Of a stretch of DNA of 46,617 bases, positions 46,246 through 46,617 are shown piece after piece. The translations under genes and the position numbers were made by a program. How positions within the stretch are numbered: the first letter of the stretch is position 1; the number at the start of each line of letters is the position of its first letter. The notes under the pieces are model-generated. The model made no database searches. It was not told the origin of the DNA and was given only the letters and a program-made list of their open reading frames with translations. This stretch comes from Convolutriloba macropyga (lineage: Eukaryota), in assembly GCF_964194025.1 (NCBI RefSeq), contig NC_134479.1:11425384-11472000 (forward strand), written 5' to 3'.

Positions 46246-46617
46246 GTGATTCTAAGTCTCTCGATCTTATGAACCGAATTAGGGCGATTTAGGAGGGTTT
46301 TGTGGGACTATGATTCGATTGAGTCCGATTATGATTCGAATTAAGGCGTGCTCATCTGACTTTTCGCGACTATGGTTCGTTGATGCCAGATCATGAGTTG
46401 AAATAGTGCGACCAAAAAGTTTGGTCCAGACTGTGTATTTATCGTCTGGGAGGGGGTACCCACCAGACAAAAAATTGCCGAAACATATTTCGACCACCCC
46501 ATCTCGGGAGTGATTTATGCAATTAATGCTAATACGGAAAAAGCTTTTAGATGTCAACCTGGCTGGGCCATTCCTAGAATGCAACTTTAATCAAAAACGT
46601 CAAGTTTTTTATGGTTC

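Overview
AT-rich, repeat-dense eukaryotic DNA, probably from an invertebrate. The main feature is a complete 17,155-bp Polinton/Maverick (adintovirus-like) element at 24847-42001. It has 5'-AGTAGT...ACTACT-3' terminal inverted repeats (TIRs) and a perfect 6-bp target-site duplication (TSD), CATACA. It is inserted immediately before helicase motif VI of an intron-containing, decayed DDX10/DBP4 DEAD-box helicase copy (18275-43071). The element carries the full core gene set, each gene with nonsense or frameshift lesions: protein-primed PolB (N-terminal C2H2 fingers, an Endo VII-like insert and an apparent 160-bp spliceosomal intron), retroviral-like integrase, packaging ATPase, major and minor capsid proteins and adenain-like protease. 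Its most unusual part is a counter-oriented central cassette. This holds a perfect 16-bp hairpin plus direct repeats, then an intact PC4-like ORF, then an intact ORF with HUH (rolling-circle Rep-like) nuclease motifs. Other accessory ORFs look PLA2-like and DnaQ/DEDD-exonuclease-like. The flanks contain two decayed LINEs, several non-autonomous TIR elements (one enclosing a LINE, one enclosing a tRNA-like sequence), a large foldback repeat and tandem repeats. All family assignments come from reading motifs by eye; no database searches were run.
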